Source: Acidobacteriota bacterium (GTDB lineage: Bacteria; Acidobacteriota; UBA4820; DSQY01). From it: a DNA stretch of 64,000 nt. The stretch spans positions 46,325 through 110,324 of the forward strand of contig JBBIKI010000001.1 in the NCBI GenBank assembly GCA_037445535.1, read 5' to 3'. The translations under genes were made by a program, and so were the position numbers. The notes below the pieces were generated by a model. That model was not told the origin of the DNA. It worked only from the letters and a program-made list of their open reading frames with translations, and made no database searches. Shown here piece by piece: positions 61,078 through 64,000 of this stretch; position 1 is the stretch's first letter; each line of letters opens with the position of its first letter.

Positions 61078-62256
61078 GTGAACAGGGTGGACTCGAGCCC
61101 AGCTTACGATCTAGCCGTCGTCGGGGCAGGTCCGGCGGGTAGCTCCGCAGCGCGGCGCGCCTCCCAGCTCGGCCTCCGAGTCCTCCTTGTGGACAAGGCC
61201 GCCATGCCGCGCGAGAAGACCTGTGGCGGGGCGGTGTCCAAGCAGGCCCAGGGCTATCTAGATTTCTCTCTTCCGCGCCACTTGCTCGACTCGGAATGCT
61301 ACGGGGCCCGCGTGCGCTACGGCACCCTGTCCTCCGTGGGGAGGTGTTCGGAGCCGATCGCCGTCTTGGTGAGCCGGGAGCGTTTTGACTCCTTCCTTCT
61401 GCACAAGGCGCAGGAGAGCGGGGCAAAGCACCTGACGGCTGACGTGCGCGGCGTTCAGGAGGAGGGCCGCACCGTCCTTCTGCGAACCCCGGAGGGAAAG
61501 GTGCGGGCCCGCGCCGCCATCCTGGCCCACGGCGCCCACGGGAACCTCTACCAAAGGGTCCGCCCTCCCGATACTCTCTCCCAGTCAGGCATCTGTCTGG
61601 AGGCCAGGATCCCCGCTGCCGCCGCGTCCCTCCCGGCAGGGTTGCTGGACATCTACTTCGGCGTCTCGGGGTTTGGCTACGGCTGGGTCTTTCCCCACGG
61701 GAGTTACTGCTCCGTGGGTGTGGGTGGCCTTCGTGACCGGTTTCCCAGGCCTCGTGAGGCCTTTGAGGGGTTCTGCAAGGATCTGGAAATCCCGGCGAAG
61801 GACATCAGGGCCCGGGGGCACTTCATCCCTTGCGGTGGGGTTCCCAGGACCCTCGTGGCCAGCCGGCTCTTCTTGGCTGGCGACGCGGCGGGCTTTGTGG
61901 ACCCTTTTAACGGCGAGGGGATTGCTTACGCCATACGATCGGGCCAGCTTGCGGCCGAATCGGTTCACGAGAGCCTCCGCGGCCATGAAGATTTTTCCGC
62001 GGGCGCCAGGAGCTACACGTCACGGTGCCACTCGGAGTTTGGGAAGAATCTAGGGTACTCCCTCCTCCTGTCCAGGCTGATGCACCGCTTCCCAGGCCTT
62101 CTTCTCAGAATCCTTGCGGGAGACCGGCGAGTCCTGGAGCGCTATCTCGACGTTCCCTTGCGGGATCTCTCCTACCAAGGCTTTCTGGCCTGGTTAACCC
62201 TCCGGATGCCCGTCTCCCTCTTCAAGGGTGCCCTCCATGTCTCCCGGATGGCCTGA
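61078..62256 (+). CDS. Geranylgeranyl reductase family FAD-dependent oxidoreductase
   Basis: YDLAVVGAGPAGSSAA (FAD-binding GxGxxG), then REKTCGGAVS, typical of ChlP/GGR-family enzymes. An alternative GTG start lies at 61087. Confidence 0.75.
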   Translation: MNRVDSSPAYDLAVVGAGPAGSSAARRASQLGLRVLLVDKAAMPREKTCGGAVSKQAQGYLDFSLPRHLLDSECYGARVRYGTLSSVGRCSEPIAVLVSRERFDSFLLHKAQESGAKHLTADVRGVQEEGRTVLLRTPEGKVRARAAILAHGAHGNLYQRVRPPDTLSQSGICLEARIPAAAASLPAGLLDIYFGVSGFGYGWVFPHGSYCSVGVGGLRDRFPRPREAFEGFCKDLEIPAKDIRARGHFIPCGGVPRTLVASRLFLAGDAAGFVDPFNGEGIAYAIRSGQLAAESVHESLRGHEDFSAGARSYTSRCHSEFGKNLGYSLLLSRLMHRFPGLLLRILAGDRRVLERYLDVPLRDLSYQGFLAWLTLRMPVSLFKGALHVSRMA

Positions 62257-62259
62257 GCC

Positions 62260-62766
62260 CTAAACGGGCTTCTCGAAGCAGACGCTGAGCGGGCGCTGGG
62301 CATAGGGGCCGAAGCGCGGAATCCGGCTGTAGCCCCCCTTGACGAACAAGTGGATGGCCTCGGACTCCCGGAGCCCCGTGACGAGCCGGATGGTGGCGTA
62401 GCCCATGGATACCGCCTTCTCCTCCATGTGGCGCAACAGCGTGCGCGAAAGGCCCTGCCCTCGTACGGCGGGCATCAAAAAGAGACCCCTAGCCTCACAA
62501 ACCTTGGGCTCTTGCGGGGCGAATGGCCCGATCGCAAAACAGCCCACGGCTTCCTCATTCAGGCGGGCTACCAGGAAGGCCCGCCCGATGCCTTTGAGCT
62601 CCTCAGGCGAAAAGATCACCGGGCCCTCGTCTCCGTAACGCTCGCTTAGCTCCTGCGCGAAGGCTTGAATCAACCGCCGCGCGTCAGGTCCCGCCGGGTC
62701 CTCAACTTGAATCTCCAGCTTGTTGGGGTCCATCCGTTCCTCCGCTTCTTGGAAACCTTGGGGCAA
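62260..62766 (-). CDS. GNAT family N-acetyltransferase
   Basis: Acetyl-CoA motif LFLMPAVRGQGLSRTLL (R/Q-x-x-G-x-G/A). About 160 aa. Confidence 0.7.
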   Translation of the reverse strand: MPQGFQEAEERMDPNKLEIQVEDPAGPDARRLIQAFAQELSERYGDEGPVIFSPEELKGIGRAFLVARLNEEAVGCFAIGPFAPQEPKVCEARGLFLMPAVRGQGLSRTLLRHMEEKAVSMGYATIRLVTGLRESEAIHLFVKGGYSRIPRFGPYAQRPLSVCFEKPV

Positions 62767-62818
62767 ACCGCGGGTCTACATCTTCGCTAAACCGCCGGTC
62801 ACTTTACGGCCCTTGACC

Positions 62819-64000
62819 TCACTCCACGGTGACGCTCTTGGCGAGGTTGCGGGGCTGGTCCACGTCGCAGCCACGCTTGACGGCGATGTGGTAGGCCAGG
62901 AGCTGCAAGGGGATAACCGTTAGGACAGGCATGAGGAGGGGATCGGTGTCCGGCAAAGGCAGCTTTTCGTCGGCCAGGGAAGCGATCTTGGTGTCCCCCT
63001 GGCTGCATACGGCGATGACCTTCCCGTCCCGGGCCTTCACCTCCTCAAGGTTGGATACCAGTTTGTCGTAGGCGGCGTCCTTGGGGGCGATGCCCACTAC
63101 GGGCAGGTTCTCGTCGATGAGGGCGATGGGGCCGTGCTTCATTTCGCCCGAAGGGTAACCCTCCGCATGGATATAGCTGATTTCTTTGAGCTTGAGGGCC
63201 CCTTCCAGGGCGATGGGATATTGGATGCCCCGGCCGAGGTAGAGGAAGTCGCTGTAGCGGCTAAAGTGGCGTGACATTTCCTCGATCCGTGCTTCGAGCC
63301 CGAGAGCCTGCTCCACTTGGCCCGATAGGAGGGTGAGGGCTTGAAGGTGGCTGGCCACTTGGGCGAGGGACAGGACGCCTCGCGTCTGGCCAAGGTAGAG
63401 GGCCAGCAAGTCCAGGGCCACAAGCTGGGTCGTGAAGGCCTTGGTGGAGGCCACGCCGATTTCGGGTCCCGCGTGGGTGTAAAGGACGCCGTCCGCGTCG
63501 CGCGTGATCATGCTCCCCACCACGTTGCAGATAGCCGCCGTGCGGGCTCCTTTGGCTTTCGCCTCGCGCAGGGCCGCCAGGGTGTCGGCTGTTTCCCCCG
63601 ACTGGGAGATGAAAACGCAGAGGGTGTCCTCGTCCACCATGGGATCCCGGTAGCGGAACTCGGAGCCATAGTCCACTTCGGCGTGCAGGCGGGCCAGCTT
63701 TTCGATCATGTACCGGCCACACAGGGCGGCATGCCATGAGGTTCCGCAGGCCACAAGGACCACGCGCCGGATGGCGCGGACCGCCTCTGGCGGGAGATTC
63801 AGCTCCTCCAGGTAAAGCTGGCTGGAATCGAGGGAGAATCGCCCGGCGAGGGTGTCCTGGATGGCCCGTGGCTGTTCGTAGATCTCCTTCTGCATAAAGT
63901 GCTTAAAGCCGGCCTTCTCGGCCTGGATGGGGTCCCAGGTGATGCGCGTGGGGCTCTTGGTCAGGGGGTCCCCGCCCAAGGCCGAGAACCGGACTTGGTC
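62819..64000 (-). CDS. glmS: Glutamine--fructose-6-phosphate aminotransferase, C-terminal isomerase part (N-terminus beyond the window end)
   Basis: Tandem SIS domains ([21 protein letters not shown]) and the canonical C-terminus LAKSVTVE. The reading frame is open to the window edge. Confidence 0.85.
   Translation of the reverse strand, partial: DQVRFSALGGDPLTKSPTRITWDPIQAEKAGFKHFMQKEIYEQPRAIQDTLAGRFSLDSSQLYLEELNLPPEAVRAIRRVVLVACGTSWHAALCGRYMIEKLARLHAEVDYGSEFRYRDPMVDEDTLCVFISQSGETADTLAALREAKAKGARTAAICNVVGSMITRDADGVLYTHAGPEIGVASTKAFTTQLVALDLLALYLGQTRGVLSLAQVASHLQALTLLSGQVEQALGLEARIEEMSRHFSRYSDFLYLGRGIQYPIALEGALKLKEISYIHAEGYPSGEMKHGPIALIDENLPVVGIAPKDAAYDKLVSNLEEVKARDGKVIAVCSQGDTKIASLADEKLPLPDTDPLLMPVLTVIPLQLLAYHIAVKRGCDVDQPRNLAKSVTVE

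Overview
This is high-GC (~68%) bacterial chromosomal DNA, densely coding and dominated by housekeeping genes. Gene content suggests a Gram-negative-type envelope (gmhA, YajC-SecDF, YidC, lipoproteins). I could not assign a phylum from sequence alone.

Identifiable blocks, in order:
- An ABC-2 exporter (permease, ATPase, permease) with a SET-domain methyltransferase gene 16 nt downstream.
- Fe/Mn superoxide dismutase, a fused type-I AroD/AroE, gmhA, an MFS transporter, an alkaline-phosphatase-superfamily phosphodiesterase, and a large DHH-CBS-CCA/poly(A)-polymerase fusion.
- A minus-strand run of scpB, rluB and hisC, then carB.
- A REC-PilZ hybrid, an aldehyde dehydrogenase, a signal-peptide-bearing MEMO1-family protein, an MFS transporter, a DUF4440 protein, a HI0933 flavoprotein, trpS, a PKD-domain exoprotein, an SDR and a long class-II aldolase.
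- yajC-secDF preceded by a G-rich tandem repeat and a structured leader.
- A second PilZ protein, cspA, pyrR-pyrB-pyrC, radA, and a divergent pair of secreted proteins (a Met/His-rich lipoprotein and a DUF4097 protein).
- uvrA, a tryptophanase/tyrosine-phenol-lyase, and a 214-aa unknown protein translationally coupled to a ThiS/MoaD-like Gly-Gly protein.
- tRNA-Val(UAC).
- An F1Fo ATP synthase sub-operon (b', b, delta, alpha, gamma, beta, epsilon; no a or c subunit).
- The origin-proximal cluster rpmH-rnpA-yidD-yidC-mnmE-mnmG-rsmG-parA-parB, continuing without a gap into a bactofilin gene and pepP; then a geranylgeranyl-reductase-family flavoprotein, a GNAT acetyltransferase and the 3' part of glmS.

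No CRISPR array, transposase, integrase or prophage genes were seen. Many long antisense ORFs in the six-frame track are high-GC artefacts.

The most unusual items are:
- the orphan ThiS-like/unknown-protein pair;
- the secreted MEMO1 homolog;
- the SET gene attached to an ABC exporter;
- the G-quadruplex-like repeat and attenuator-like leader ahead of yajC-secDF;
- similar AT-rich palindromic boxes in front of radA and uvrA;
- parAB-bactofilin coupling.

None of these amounts to a clearly new multi-gene system. All coordinates and motif calls were made by eye and need computational confirmation.
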